In this document: positions 63,588 through 64,000 of the stretch, piece after piece
Layout: each line of letters starts with the position of its first letter
Numbering within the stretch: the stretch's first letter is position 1
Assembly (NCBI GenBank): GCA_965216875.1
Contig: OZ244207.1
Coordinates: 3,552,001 to 3,616,000 of the forward strand
Direction: 5' to 3'
Length of the DNA: 64,000 bases
Source: Rubripirellula sp.
GTDB taxonomy: Bacteria; Planctomycetota; Planctomycetia; Pirellulales; Pirellulaceae
Translations under genes and position numbers: made by a program
Notes under the pieces: model-generated
What the model saw: only the letters and a program-made list of their open reading frames with translations
Database searches by the model: none
What the model was told of the DNA's origin: nothing

Positions 63588-64000
63588 TCAGGCGGGGCGT
63601 CGTTCTACAAAACGGACCTTCACCGGCAGTTTGCTGGCCAAACGGGCGAAGCAAACTTTGGCTTGTTGTTCGGTCACACCGCCAAGTTCGTAAAGGATCG
63701 TGCCCGGCTTAACGACCGCGGCCCAGAAGTCAGGCTCACCCTTACCTTTACCCATTCGAGTTTCCAGCGGGGTGCTGGTCACCGACTTGTCTGGGAAGAT
63801 ACGAATGTAAAGCTTGCCTTCACCGCGAACGTATTGCTGGGCGGCGATACGCCCGGCTTCGATCGTCGTTGCTTTGACCCAACCTGGCTCCAATGCTTGG
63901 ATACCGTAGTCACCAAAGACGACCGTGTTGCCGCGCGTCGCGCTACCTTTTATACGACCTCTTTGGCTTTTTCGATGCTTGACCCGCTTGGGCATCAGAG
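63588..64000 (-). CDS. rplP: 50S ribosomal protein L16 (true start may be a few nt beyond window)
   Basis: [33 protein letters not shown]. Confidence 0.98.
   Translation of the reverse strand, partial: LMPKRVKHRKSQRGRIKGSATRGNTVVFGDYGIQALEPGWVKATTIEAGRIAAQQYVRGEGKLYIRIFPDKSVTSTPLETRMGKGKGEPDFWAAVVKPGTILYELGGVTEQQAKVCFARLASKLPVKVRFVERRPA

Overview
Chromosomal window from a Planctomycete, most likely Pirellulaceae (Rhodopirellula/Stieleria/Rubripirellula-like). This is judged from the DUF1501 + PSD1/cytochrome-c pair, the LEPR-XLL/DUF4347 giant protein, Planctomycete-type BON and lipoprotein genes and the ribosomal proteins. Left to right: a truncated EhpF-like adenylating enzyme; a secreted protein; a metallophosphoesterase; an ~8.7 kb MoxR-vWA-beta-propeller (bpX) ternary putative conflict system (3400-12107); a BON protein and a conserved lipoprotein; a 3039-aa repetitive adhesin divergent from a c-di-GMP-I riboswitch heading a 3-gene Tad-like module; housekeeping/envelope genes (guanine deaminase, aminotransferase, PPIase, CsrA, alpha/beta hydrolase, S41 peptidase, VOC, DUF1501/PSD1); a large beta-propeller/TPR protein; and the S10/spc ribosomal cluster from rplP to secY-adk, lacking rpmD. 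Intergenic DNA holds at least seven short palindromic REP-like families, some forming direct repeats that bracket single genes or modules. No tRNA, rRNA, CRISPR array, integrase or transposase was seen. All family assignments come from motif recognition by eye, not database searches.
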